DNA of 64,000 nucleotides from Azolla caroliniana (Eukaryota > Plantae > Polypodiophyta): assembly GCA_043228905.1 (NCBI GenBank), contig JBHGNT010000018.1, forward strand, positions 1,364,001 through 1,428,000, written 5' to 3'. The notes below the pieces were generated by a model. The model was not told where the DNA came from, made no database searches, and was given only the letters and a program-made list of their open reading frames with translations. The position numbers were made by a program, and so were the translations under genes. Positions 12,862-25,600 of the stretch are shown in pieces. The first letter of the stretch is position 1; every line of letters begins with the position of its first letter.

Positions 12862-12935
12862 GACATGACTTGGCTTAGTGGTAAGTTTATTGCCTCCTAT
12901 CTTGGAGGTGCAGGGTTCAAGCCTTGCTTGTATCC
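12862..12935 (+). repeat. tRNA-derived SINE-like head (Pol III A and B boxes); second copy at ~14167-14240
   Basis: A-box TGGCTTAGTGG (12871-12881), hairpin CCTCC-TATCTT-GGAGG, B-box GGTTCAAGCC (12914-12923); no convincing acceptor stem. Confidence 0.55.
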
Positions 12936-12999
12936 CTTTGATTACAAATTTCTAATACATTTTTTAGTCTAGATGATTTTGTTCGTTTCACATCGAAAT

Positions 13000-13515
13000 T
13001 GTCACGATCAACCTATTCGATCCGCTTCCGACCCAGTGATCCGGTCTATATATCCGTTCTGGTTCCGTCGTCGTCCGTCCGTTCTGATTTCGGTACCGTC
13101 GTCGGTTTCGGCTTCGTTGTCGTTTGATTCTGGTTCCGGGTCCACCAAAACCATTATGAGTAGTTAAGCCATAGTTTAGCCCAATAACATTCTATGCTCC
13201 ACACATAGACAAAAAATAATAACTTCTGGCTCTGATTATATATTATGGGAGCTTGACTTGTCCTATCTATGTGGGATATCTCACAGTTTTGTTTTCCTCT
13301 TCTCTTTCTCAAACTTCACACTCACATAACTTGACACTAATTTGTCCATTTCACATGTAGTAAAATGCATTCCGAAGCTCTTGAAGACAACCATCTTTTC
13401 ATACCAATATATAAAATAATATCTTCACTATTGTTCCATATTATGTGTGAAGAACCACTCTCGATTTTGTACATTCCATGCAATTTTCACACCGTTGGCG
13501 AAAATCTTTACGACA
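13000..13515 (-). repeat. LTR copy (same family as 14305-14864) interrupting the kinase
   Basis: TGTCGTAAAGATTTTCGCC...GTGACA on the minus strand; nearly the same as 14305-14864 with a shorter internal repeat block; no TSD found. Confidence 0.75.
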
Positions 13516-14304
13516 ACGGTATGGTTCCTCCCCTGAACTCATCCCTCTTGTATAGTACCTTCTCGAGGCTACCATTGTCAGCATACTCATACACCAACAA
13601 TGCCTTCCCTTTCTTGTAGCACCAAGCTTTCAACCGCAACAAATTCCGATGCCGAATGCTGATTATGATCCTCATCTCTGATGCGAAAGATGGTTCCCCA
13701 CCTTCTTTCACATTCTCTTTCAGCTTCTTGATGGCCACTAGTTGTCGGGATATCGAATGTTCATCGGCTAATATACCCTTGTAGACCTGGCTGTACCCAC
13801 CTTCTCCAAGCAACATTTTGTCACTAAAGTTGTGGGTGGCTCTCTTCAACACATTGTCTAGATGTCCGCACTTGCCGCCTCATGTCCAACATATAGTGCT
13901 CCACCCCCATTCTTGTATACAATGATGGTAAATCCCATAATGACCATAAGGAAAAGAAGTGAGAAAGAGATGCCCAATATTCACCCAACTTTCCCGTTCT
14001 TGAAGCTTGATGCATATGATTCTTGTGAGGGTGCAAGACATGCATGAGATGCATGTTTGCCATTTGGCACTCATTACATGTGATGCATGATAACCATGTC
14101 ACTCAATCGAGCTCTAACATGAAAGTTTACATGTGAAAATATAATGATAGTAAAAACATTTCTAAAGACATGACTTAGTTTAGTGGTAAGTTCATTGCCT
14201 CCTATCTTGGAGGCGCAAGGTTCAAGCCTTGCTTCCATCCCTTTGATTACAAATTTTTAATACATTTTTTAGTCTAGATGATTTTGTTCGTTTCACACCG
14301 AAAT

Positions 14305-16545
14305 TGTCGCGATCAACCTATCCGATTGATCCGTCTATCCAGTCCGCTTCCGACCCGGTGATACTGTCTATATCCGTTCTGATTCTGGTTCTGATGTCGG
14401 TTTTGGTTCCGTCGCCGTCTGTCCATTTCGATTCCGGCGCCATCGTCGTCTGTCTGGTTCTGGTTCCGTCGCCATCTGGTTCCGGGTCCACCAAAACCAT
14501 TATGAGTAGTTAAGCCATAGTTTAGCCCAAGAACATTCTATGCTCCACACATAGACAAAAAATAATAACTTCTGGCTCTGATTATATATTATGGGAGCTT
14601 GACTTGTCCTATCTATGTGGGATATCTCACAGTTTTGTTTTCCTCTTCTCTTTCTCAAACTTCACACTCACATAACTTGACACTAATTTGTCCATTTCAC
14701 ATGTAGTAAAATGCATTCCAAAGCTCTTGAAGGCATCCATCTTTTCGTACCAAGATATAAAATAATATCTTCATTATTATTGTTCCATATTGTGTGTGAA
14801 GAACCAAACTCAATTTTGTACATTCCATGCAATATTCACACCGTTGGCGAAAATCTTTTCGACATCCACCCCCACCAAACTGCACGTCCTCCAGTACGTG
14901 CCAAGAAGAGAGAGTGAGATTTCGGCTACGGTGATCAATCAGATTCCTCCACGTCCTCGTGTACATAACTCAAGTTTGTAGGCTCCGTACGACTATCTTC
15001 ATCGTCAAGGTGATCGAGGTCAGGATCCTCATCTCGTCTTTTCTTGAAAATCTTTACTAAGAATCTGCGGATCAGTAACCACTCTCCTTCGTCCTCATCC
15101 TCGTTGAAGGCGTGGAGGGTTAGCATGCCCTTGTCTTCTGCCAATAGTCGAGCCATCTTGAAAAAGTCGAGGGTGACGTCTTCATCTTCCGAAACCATGT
15201 CACCTTCATTCTCAAATCTTGCCCTCGATAGCATGTCAGCCATGGTGTTCTTCTTCCCTGCAATGTGGTGAATCTCTGGGCTTAAAGACTTGATATAGGC
15301 GATCCAACTTAGCATAGCTAGATTTGGGGTCGCACATCCTGAGATGATCCCGAGGATTGGGAGACCATCTGTCTCAATTATCACTTCCGACCCAATCAGG
15401 TAGTCTTTGTCCTTCTTCACTGCTCGACACAATACCCCAAAGTTCCCGCTTGACTTGGGCGTATCCTCGTTGTCGTTCGTTGAGAACCTTTGCTCTGAAC
15501 TAGATGGCATACCGCGTAGTATCTTCTCCGTCTTGATTGATGACCCACTCGATTCCGGTTAGGCTCTTATCTACAGTCACATAAATTGGCTTCCCTTCGA
15601 TATAGTCGGCCTTTCTTAGTGCTGGAGCTTCAAGAAGTAGTTTCTTCAATCTTCGCATCGCGTTTGTGTGTTCGTCTCACCATTCAAACTTCATTCTTTT
15701 CTTTAGCAATCCATATAAAGGCTAGGCGACATGAGCATAGTGCGGAATCCAGATATGATAAAATGCGCATGCTCCAAGGAACCTTCAAACCTCCGTCTGG
15801 TTCACGCATTCTTCTTCCATATCCTGGATCACGTTCACCTTGGATGGCGAAGGCTTCCGGCCGTATGCTCCACGCAAGTGACCTACCACTAAGATCTCTG
15901 GTTGCCCGAATGTGGATTTCTCTCCCGAAAATGTCAAATTCGCATCTTCGAGCCTTTGGAGCACCTTCTCACAATGTTTGATATGATTCATGACAAACTT
16001 CCTACACCCTTCCTTATCTTTCGATTCAACTTTCTCCTCATCGGAACATCCTTTTATCGTAATATCATCCAAGAATGGCATCGTGATGTCCGAGATGCAA
16101 TCCTTCAAGACCTTGTTCATGGCATTCACCATATGAGCCACCGAGTTCGTTGCACCTTGAGGCAAGGTACACATCCACATGAGCCCGATCGGAGTCCTCA
16201 TGGTTGTAATATCACGACTATTGATCGCCAACTGGAATTGGTCATATCCGGAGTAGAGATCACCAATGGAGTAGATGGACCGGCCCACAAACGCTTCGGC
16301 AAATTCATCCACACTTGTACCGATCCAGCATTCCGAATTGTCACCTTGTTGACGGGTTGAAGATCTTGGATGAATCGTAATGATCCATTCTTCTTCTGCA
16401 CTATGAACCACCTATTAGAATAGGGAGCATTCGACGGTTCCAAAATTCCCATATCCACTTTCTCCTTTAAGAGCTCGATCAGCTTCGGTAGGTCTGCTCT
16501 CGAAACTAGTATCGGTTTCAAATTCCAAGCCACGTGCGACACCAT
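14305..16545 (-). mobile_element. Truncated Ty3/gypsy element (same lineage as 16546-22588): RT, RNase H, internal deletion of integrase, PPT, 3' LTR
   Basis: RT LRFIQDLQPVN, MCTLPQGATNS, PFLDD; RNase H IETD..P; PPT GGTGGGGGTGGA (14865-14876); LTR 14305-14864 TGTCG..CGACA. Cut at 16545 by the next element. Confidence 0.85.
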
Positions 16546-19500
16546 TGTCATGGAGAAAACCGCCCCTAGGAGGAATCAAGGGGAGGAGGCGTGACCCAAT
16601 CCTTTTCGCGTGCGTGTGTGTTTATGAATTGTATATAGCTAGGAATAGATCGGCTGATGTACATATGTACTAGGAAGGGTATTAATTGTCTAGGGAATCG
16701 ATGCGTATCTCTGTCTTAAAGGATAGAGAATAAAGTTGATGTGTTTTGATGTAACGGTCTCCTCGACCACCTATAAAAGGGAGGGAAGAGGAAGAAGATA
16801 GGGATCGTGTTTTTGTGAGGACGAAGTGCTGTCAGAATGGGGATCGAGCTCTCTCCTCCTCAACCGTCGCTCTCCACTACGTTTCCGTGTTAGTTGCCTC
16901 TACTGCGTGTAAGCCCGTGTGCTTCCAGCAGAGGCTCGAACGTGCGTTCTCTGTGTCGTCCGTGTGTGTGCGTGGGACCTCCGTTTTTGGGTATGTTGCC
17001 GGTTTGCCGGTTCTAATCGTTGTTGACATTGTAATTGAATCTTCCATTCCCGTCTCCCTCCCTGTGTTTATGTGAATCGCTCTCCCTTTTCTTTCTCACG
17101 CTCCCTGGTTCAGGGCCCCCGTGGTCCCACCTCATCTCACACACGAGAGCGTAACAACACGACATCATTTGGTGAACCCGACGTGAAAGAAGGCGGCAAA
17201 GGAGTTGAAGATTAGGGGATTCGAGCTTGCTAAAGCTATGGCAGTAGCCGTCGACTGGCTAGTGAGCGCTGGGGAGGGAATGGGTGCCCTTGATAGGGCC
17301 ATAGAATCGATTGTTGGCACCATAGGATGATTCGGTGGGAAGAATGCCACGAGCTATTTGGTGGCCTATCAGGCCGAAATGATCATGAGGGAGATCCCGG
17401 AGGACAGACGGCTGTCCGGATTCCCTCGAGTCGTGACGTTGAGCATCCACGCGGAGGTGCTCGAGGTGCAGGCCGGATGCCAGGCTTGGGTGGAGCTCGA
17501 GGGGCGGCTCCTCTAGAAGTACGGGTACGACGATTCGCTTCGACTGTCAAAGCGGGACTTCATGGCTTGGGTTAAAAGCCCTGGGAAGGGGAGGAACAGG
17601 TTGGTGCTCCTCCAAGAATTCGAACAACGGTTCGCTCAGCTGTCGGCGCTGGATCGGACAGTGCTCGACACGAGTAGGGTCTTGCTATTCGTCAAGTCGG
17701 TGCACGCGCTTGATCGGGAGAGGTGGGTCTCCTACTGGAGACGGATGAAGGCCTCACGGCCGACTAGGCCGTGGTCGAAGGGGTCTGCACCCATTTTGGC
17801 AAGCGGCGCGAGTGGAGCGATGACGGCTCGATGACGTCGGGGCCGGTCCCGGTGAGGAAGCTCGAGGAGCCGGTATCGGTGCCGGCTTGGAAGGAAGAGA
17901 CTCGAAATCGGCTAGAGACGGGCCTTGCCTCGAGCGGAGTGGTCCAAGGCTCTTCCAGAGGAGCGGCTCTGGAAGAGCTGACGCAAATGGTGCGTGACCT
18001 CCAGATCGCACAAGCACGGAGGGACAACGGCGGTCAACCTCGTGACCGGAGGCCGCTGACAGGGCAACGATGCATGTGGTGTGACACTGTCGGTCACATC
18101 CGGAAAGAATGCGCGGATTTCGTAGAGGCATTACGGGCTAACGTGGTGTACCTCTGGAATGGGTGGGTGCATGCCAACGACACGTGGAAAGCCCTAGAGC
18201 TGAACACCGGGCACGACGGGATGAAGCGCTTGATGGAAGAAGCCGCCGTGGTGCGACATGTAAAGGCCGTCCAGTATTCCGCATCGGCGGGTATCTTGGT
18301 CGGGGGCGACGAGGGCCAGAAGACGAAAGACTCCGGATTCTGGCCGCTGGTGTTGGAAGGTCTCTACGGGGAACAACGGATCCGGGAGGTCACCGGATGG
18401 GACGATCCGGTTGAAGAAAAGATTGTCTTCGTGAAAGCTACATGCTAGAACTACAAGGTTCTGGTAGAGGACAAGCACGCTGGAAGGGCTAGAGGGGCCG
18501 GTCCCTCACAGTGGTACGAGACCTGGTTTGGACCAAAACAGAACGATGCCGACAACACCGAGGTGCTGGATAAACTAAACGGGCCGGTTACCGATTGAGC
18601 ACGGAGATTGAGAGGTCAACGGACCTACGGAAGGTGCTCGAGGAGCAGATTCTCGACAGCAAGGTGGAGCTGTCACTGAGGGAGGTGCTCAGAATCACCA
18701 AGAAGGAGTTCCACGACTCCATTGTGGGCTTGGTAAAGTGAAAGCGGCTCTCGACAGAACTGGAGCTGGAGAAGCCCGTGGAGGTGCGGACGACGCACCT
18801 AGAAGACACGGCCCTAGAGGATGAGTTGGCGGACACGGCCCTATTACGCGAAGCCGCATTGGTACAGAGCCACTACGGAGACCCCTGTCTAGGTTGGGGA
18901 TGTGCAGGAGCCGGTAGTGGTATTGATAGACCACGGCTCGGAGATCAACCTGATGTCCATGGACTTTTACAAAAAGGGGAAGTGGCCGATCAACACCAAG
19001 CACGGGTGGAAGATACGCGCGGCAACACGCTGCATGGTGCGTAACCGAATGTACGCGTAAAGATCGGCGACGTTGAGACCTCCTCGCACACAATGATACT
19101 CGGCAAACCATACATTATGGCGGCATGGATGGAAACGAAGGTGCTTAACAACGGATCGGCGTACTCGTGCGTGAAGAGCCAAGAAGGACAGTGCTCCGTT
19201 CAATTTTTGACGGTGAGGCTCAACCATGAGCGTAACTGTGAGACCCTCGGCGGCGAGAGTTGAGGGGATATCAAGACGTGGGGCCGCGATAGTCCGGACA
19301 CCCGGAAGAACCCAACACATGTACCATAGATAGGAAATTTTGGTTCTTTGATAACGGAGGTTGTACTATAGCCGACATCAGTAGCCGAGAAAAGAAGCGA
19401 GCAGAAGAAAGACTCAGGGCGTACAGAGTCCTCAGCCCTGGCGAAGAGATTGGTAGTGTCGTGAAGGCGGTCTCCTTCGATGACACCTTGGGAGAATTAC

Positions 19501-22500
19501 ACGAGGTTGTCAAAGGAGGCCTTAGTGACGACCGGGTAGTTCCGGCTAGTTCAGTGGAGATGTACGAAGTCATCACTGACTTCGGGGAAAGGGTCGGGTC
19601 CGGTCGGACGGCCCGCGTGGATACCAAGTACAAGACTGTGGACCGGAAGGTGAGGCCAGTCACGGCACCCTTACCGGAGGGTAGCGGAGAGCGGATAAAG
19701 GGGGTCGCGTCGGACCCAAGTTTACGTCAACCGGTCGGCATAGGGCACCAATTCACCGACATAACGCTACGAGAGCTCAAGGTCGGTGGGGGTGGGTTTC
19801 TACTGCCGGCGGAGGACGACCGGTTTCGGAGGATGCTTGGAAGGCACGGGAAAGCCTTCACATTCTCACCGAAGGAGATCGGGTGCGTAGACCCGACGAT
19901 CGTGGAGCTGATGGTGATATTCACGGTGTTGCATGTGTCATGGAATCTCAAGCCGATTCCGGTACCCAGAGCTCACATCCCGAAGTTGATGGAGCTACTG
20001 AAGCAGAAGGTGGAGATGGGCATCCTCGAACCGTCGAACGCCCCATATTCGAATCGGTGGTTTACCGTGCCAAAGAAGAACGGCACGCTGCGCTTCATTC
20101 AGGACCTGCAACCAGTCAACAAGGTGACCATTCATAATGCAAGTATCGGAACGACGATAGATGAGTTCGCGGAAGCCTTCGCCGGAAGGTCAATCTATTC
20201 AATCGGTGATCTGTACTCGGGGTATGATCAGTTCCAATTAGCCATGGAGAGCAGGGATATCACGATGATGCGGACCCCTCTCGGCTTAGTGCGGATGTGT
20301 ACCCTGCCACAAGGAGGGACCAACTCAGTGGCGCACATGGTGAATGCGATGAACAAGGTGTTGAGGGATTGCATCCTGGACATCACCATGCCATTCCTGG
20401 ACAACATCCCGATCAAAGGATGTCCGGTGGAGGATAAGGACGAGGCGGTTGGGCCGGACGGATGATGGAGGTTCGTCGCGGACCACATTAATGACTGCGA
20501 GAAGGTGCTCCAAAGGCCGGAGGACGCGCGACTCACCTTCTCTGGGGAGAAATCGGCGTTCGGCCAATCGAAGATCCTAGTGGTTGGTCACCTGTGCGGG
20601 CCATACAGCCGGAAACCGTCTCCGGCAAAGATAGAAGCCATCTCTGTCATGAAGGAAGAGTGCAAGTCGATTACGGAGATGTGGAGGTTCCTGGGTGCGT
20701 GCGCGTTCTACCACATCTGGACTCCGCACTACGCACACGTCGCGAAACCACTTTACGGGTTACTGAAGAAGGGGCACAAATTTGAATGGGGCAAGGAGCA
20801 TACGGAGTCGGTCTGGAGACTGAAGGAGGCGATTACCGCAGCATTGGCTCTCAGGAAAGCGGTTTATGGCAAGGAGATCCCCATCTACATTGTTGTAAAT
20901 CACGCAAACGATCTAACGCCGAAAGGCACGACAACGTAACCGTTGACACAAGCCCAACAGGGATCGGATCGGTGATCAATCAGGAGGACGAGAGCGGCGC
21001 GCGGTTCCCAATCTGGTTCGGGGCGAAGGTTCTCATTGAGTGACAACGAGGATACGCCCAAGTTAGGCGCGAACTATGGGGTATCGTTTTGGCGTTTAAG
21101 GACGCCAAAGATTATCTTATCGGGACTGAGGTAATAATCGAGACGGACTGCCTACCGATTCTTGGTATGATTTCCGGATGTGCGACTCTGAACCTAGCAA
21201 TGCTCAGGTGGATCACGTACATCAAGTCCCTAAATACGGAGATACGGCACATCTTCGGGAAGGACAACACCATGGCCGACATACTTTCGAGAGCACGGTT
21301 CGACGACGAGGACGACATGGTTTCTGAGGATGAGGAAGTCGGCGTAGACTTCTTTGAGACAACATACATAACGAGGGAGAGGAGCCCTTCGGCGCTTAAC
21401 GAATTCCACGAAGGCGAGTACGACGGGGATTGGATCTAGATCGGTAGGTTCCTGAAGACAATGACACCAGACGCATCGTGGACAAAGGAAGAGGCTAACC
21501 GGATCCGAAAGAAAGCTTATCGGTTCTTCCTACGGGACGGGACCATATGGAGGCACCCTAAGAAACGAGGCGGTGTCCCACTCCACGTAGTAGCGAGAAA
21601 GGACGAGCAGGACGCGTTGCTTACGGCGTACCATGAGAGTCCTTGGGCCGGACACCGCAGGACATGGGCCTCGTTCGAGAAACTAAAAGAGAAGTATTGG
21701 TGACCGGGGTTGTACCGGGATGTGTACCAGTTCGTGACGACGTGTGAAAACTATTAGATGCACTCCGCGATCTAGCATTGAGACGATCTACCCGCCGACC
21801 ATCCATTTCAAATGGATGGTGGACTTAGTGACAATGCCGATGGGAGTAGGGCAGATGCGGTATCCGGTGCTTGCGCGGGAAGATTTAACGAACCAAGTGG
21901 AAGGCCGCGCACTTACGAACAAGACGACTACGACGGTATGCTAGTTCCTGATCGAAGAGGTAGTGTGCCGGTACGGATGCGTAGGGAAAATCGTGGTGGA
22001 TCGGGGAGAGTTGGACGCACAGGAAGCTGAGGAGATGTTCGATTGGTTGGGGGTCAAGCTCTCCCTCACTACGTCGTACAATCCGGAAGCGAACTGGAAG
22101 GTAGAACGCGGACACGGACCGATCGTGAAGACTTTGGTACGAGCGTGTGAAGAGCAGGTGGGGAATTGGCCATGACTTCTACCCTACGCACTGTGGGCGG
22201 ACCAGACTACGCACAGTTTGGTCACAGGGTTCATGCCGACGGAGTTGATGTACGGGCAAAAACCGATTATGCCGGTGGAACGGATTATCACTTCGTGGGT
22301 CGCGGTGGACTGGAAGGACGAGATGAGCCGGGAAGAGTTGCTGGCGGCGCGGATTCGGCAGCACGAGCGATGACCGGAGGACGTGGAGCAGGCGATGGCG
22401 AAGCTGCGTACGGCGCGTGAAAGGAACAAAGGCCGGTTCGACCTAACACATAGGCTGAGACCAAAGAATATCAAGGAAGGCGACTGGGTGTTGGTGTACG

Positions 22501-22588
22501 ACAGTAGCCTTGATAATCAGCACAAGGCGGTGCATAAGTTTGCGAGGAGATGGTTCGGGCCCTACACGGTGTCAAGCGCGAACAACAA
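16546..22588 (+). mobile_element. Degenerate tRNA-Trp-primed Ty3/gypsy element, 3' end missing
   Basis: 5' LTR 16546-17164 (TGTCA..CGACA); PBS TGGTGAACCCGACGTGA (17170-17186) complementary to plant tRNA-Trp 3' end; gag with CMWCDTVGHIRKEC; protease IDHGSEINL; RT 19461-20465; RNase H; integrase to RWFGPY; many stops and frameshifts. Confidence 0.9.
20891..20933. mobile_element. 43-bp insertion with LTR-like termini inside RNase H
   Basis: TGTTGT...ACGACA flanked by ACAT/ACGT; removal restores IPIY(I/V)TVDTSPTG. Confidence 0.6.
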
Positions 22589-24966
22589 ATCAATATCCCC
22601 TCCCCAATATGAATCTGTCCAACCAAACAATTGTGATGGATTGGTCCATCCTTCAAGATTCATGTTGATGGACTCTGATTGCGATCTAGAGTAAGTCAAC
22701 ACCATATCTTTTGTTCGTTTTAGGTAACGTAGTAGTCATTTTAAAGCTTGCCAATGTTTTGGTTCAAGATCCTGCATAAATCTTGAAAGAATTCCAACGG
22801 TGAAAGATAAATCGGGACGTGTACAACTAACAAGATAGCATATACATCCAAGAATTTGCTTGTAAGGAACATTGAGCATTTCATCTCGTTCTTTAATAGT
22901 TCTTGGAGCATCTTCGATTGATAATTTGCATGGAGTTGACATGGATGTAGAGATAGGCTAACAATGTAGCATGTCAAAATGTTTCAATACACTTTCAATA
23001 TATTGAGTTTGGGAAAGAGAAATGGTTCCTTTGACACGATCTCTTTGTAAGTTCATTCCAAGGAAATACTTCATTGGACCAAGGTGAGTTATTGGAAAAG
23101 CTTGTTGAAGTTCCTTCTTCGCAAGTTGTAGATAGGCTAGTGAGTTGGTAAGTAGAGGTAAGTCGTTGACATTAACACCAATTATGATGAAATTATTCTT
23201 AGCTCTTTTAATGTATACATTTGGTTCATTCTTTAATCTTTTATAACCATTGTTACTTAGGAAATTATGAAGTCGATGATACCAAACTCGTGGAGATTGT
23301 CGCAGACCGTATAAGGATCGATGTAGACGACATACGGCATTTGGTTGAGTTGAATCTTCAAAATGAGGTGGTTGTTGCATATAGATCTCTTCTTCAAGTT
23401 CTCCGTGAAGGAAAGTGGTTTGAACATCTAAGTGATGGAGTTCCAAATCAAGTTCGACTATGAGAGAGACAAATATGCGAAATGTGTTACTTCGCAATGT
23501 AGGGCTACATGTATCTTTGAAGTCGATTCAGGTATTTGCAAAAAACCACAAGCTACAAGACGAGCTTTGAAACGCATAATATTTCCATTAGCATCGGTCT
23601 TCTTTCGAAGAACCCACTTACACCTAACAATTTGTCGATCAAGTGGCGGATCAACAAGGCTCCAAGTTTAGTTCTTTAATAAGGCCGTCATCTCTTCTTC
23701 CATGGCTGCTCTCCATTTAGGGCCATTGATACCAGACAATGCTTCTCTAACGGTAATAATAAATTCATTTGTGGTATTCGGCTCTTCTTCAATTATGAGA
23801 GCGTCCATATTGAGGTCCACAAAGTGTGCCTCAAATTGGTCGAGTTCCTTATAGATATAGGACAAGGAGCGCGTACGACGAGGTGGTGAGTTGTTATCAT
23901 ATGGGTTTGGATAGTCTTGTGAGGATTGTGATTTTGAGTTGATTGAAAAATCACTAGTGATGTCGGGTGATTCAAGATGAAATGACATAATGATTTGATG
24001 GGTTTGAGGGCTTCCAAGAGCATGTTGATTAGAGGTTTACAAAATGGATAAAGAGAGTGGTACTGTGTTAAATGTATGTAAGTGTGGTGAAGACATGGTT
24101 GATGGAGAGGATGTGTTTGTGAGGTCATTATAATGTGTAGAGTTGGATGGTGTGAAACCACTATCAAGATGTGGGTGAATGTAGTTAGTTAGTTTGGGTT
24201 GGTAGTTCTTTTATGTTGGTTGGTTAGATTTAAAGATGTAATTTTCATTTTACTTTTATTTTTATGCGGCAGAAGGCGGTGGGGGCTCTGTTTGGAGAGC
24301 GGCGTACATCAACAACAACGTTGTTATTAGATTGGCGAACAGTGGCGGCATCGTCTTCTAATTGTTTGCCTCCTTCACGAATATCATTTTTAAGGTTATG
24401 TGTTGGTGTCGTGGATTCAAGAAAGGGTGCCTCATCAAATTTGACAGTACGACTATAAAAGAAGGTGTTCTTGGTTGGGTCAAATAAACGGTATGCATCT
24501 CCGTACCCAACGAAAATCACTTTTCTAGCTCTTTTTTCTAACTTGGATCGGTTTTTAGTAGGAACGAAAGCGTATGCAAGGCAACCAAAATTTTTGAGAT
24601 CTTGCATATTTGGTTTTACTCCAAATCATAACTCGTATGGTGTGATTAACCCAAGTGTTCGATGATAGTTATGATTTTGGAGATAACATGCTATTACGAC
24701 AGCTTCTTCCCAAAATGAGGGCGAAAGTGACGCGAGGTTCAGCATGCTTCAGGCCAAATTAAGGAGTGTTCGAGTTTTTCGTTCGGCTAGACCATTTCGT
24801 TGTGGTGTCGAAGGAACAGAAATTCGTTGTATAATTCCAAGGTCTTTACAAAATTTCGTAAACTTGTTAGATGTATATTCTCCTCCCCCGTAGACATTTC
24901 AATTGTAGATTTAGTTTCTTTTCTGTTAGTGATTTGTAATTTGTAAAAGCTGTGAAAGCTTGGTCT

Positions 24967-25515
24967 TGTCATGAAGACATACATCTTGGCTTATCATGAC
25001 ATTCATCTTGGCGAACCAGGAATCGAACCCATAACCTCTTAGTTTACATATTGTACTTTAACCATTGTAATAACATATGTGAGATGTAATCATAATAATT
25101 ATATGTTTAGTTATTACGAGATATTTAGAACATTCTAGATTATTCTAGAATGTTCTTGAATATTTCATGATTATATTTATTATTATTATTATTCATAAAT
25201 ATCTAAAATATTCTAGAACATTCTAGAATACTCCATAAGGGCCTATAAATAAGAGTCCATACACTCATCACAACTCATTCGGTTCAACACCAGTCTTTAG
25301 CCCTTAGCCTACTCCTTGTAATCTTCTTTCTCATAATATAATCGCATTCCCATTTCTTATCTCTCACTTATACTTTTCTCTCTCTCGCACTCTCTCCCTC
25401 TTTCACTCTCTTTCTATCACTATCGCTATCTCTACCGCTCTCGCCATCTCTATCGTTATCGTTATCTCTATCGCCATCGCTCTCTCTCTCTGCTTCCTAC
25501 TCAAGAGTCACGACA
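24967..25515 (+). repeat. Chromovirus 5' LTR
   Basis: TGTCATG...CACGACA; TATA box TATAAATA at 25244. Confidence 0.95.
25127..25229 (+). promoter_or_regulatory. Heat-shock element arrays in LTR U3
   Basis: aGAAcaTTCtaGAttaTTCtaGAAtgTTCttGAA (25127-25160) and perfect TTCtaGAAcaTTCtaGAA (25211-25228), ending about 15 bp before the TATA box. Confidence 0.8.
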
Positions 25516-25600
25516 GTTTGAACCGAATATTTCTTTTCCCTTTCTCCAATAACTCTAGCAAGCTTTCTTCTTTATCCTTCTTTCTTTTTCCCCCGCGGTT

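Larger units (their letters stand above)
11637..14000 (-). pseudogene. Disrupted receptor-like Ser/Thr kinase (LecRK-like): TM, N-lobe and C-lobe separated by insertions
   Basis: N-lobe LKRATHNFS..LLGEGGYSQVYKG..VAIKK..HRNLLRL..LVYEY (13508-13852); C-lobe YLHE..HKDVKATNVLL..DFGLARL..GTIGYIAPE..VYSFG (12233-12580); stops and TE insertions. Confidence 0.85.

Noticed and set aside
12862-12935. Functional tRNA gene
   Set aside because: A and B boxes are present, but the acceptor stem and anticodon loop are not canonical; treated as SINE-like.
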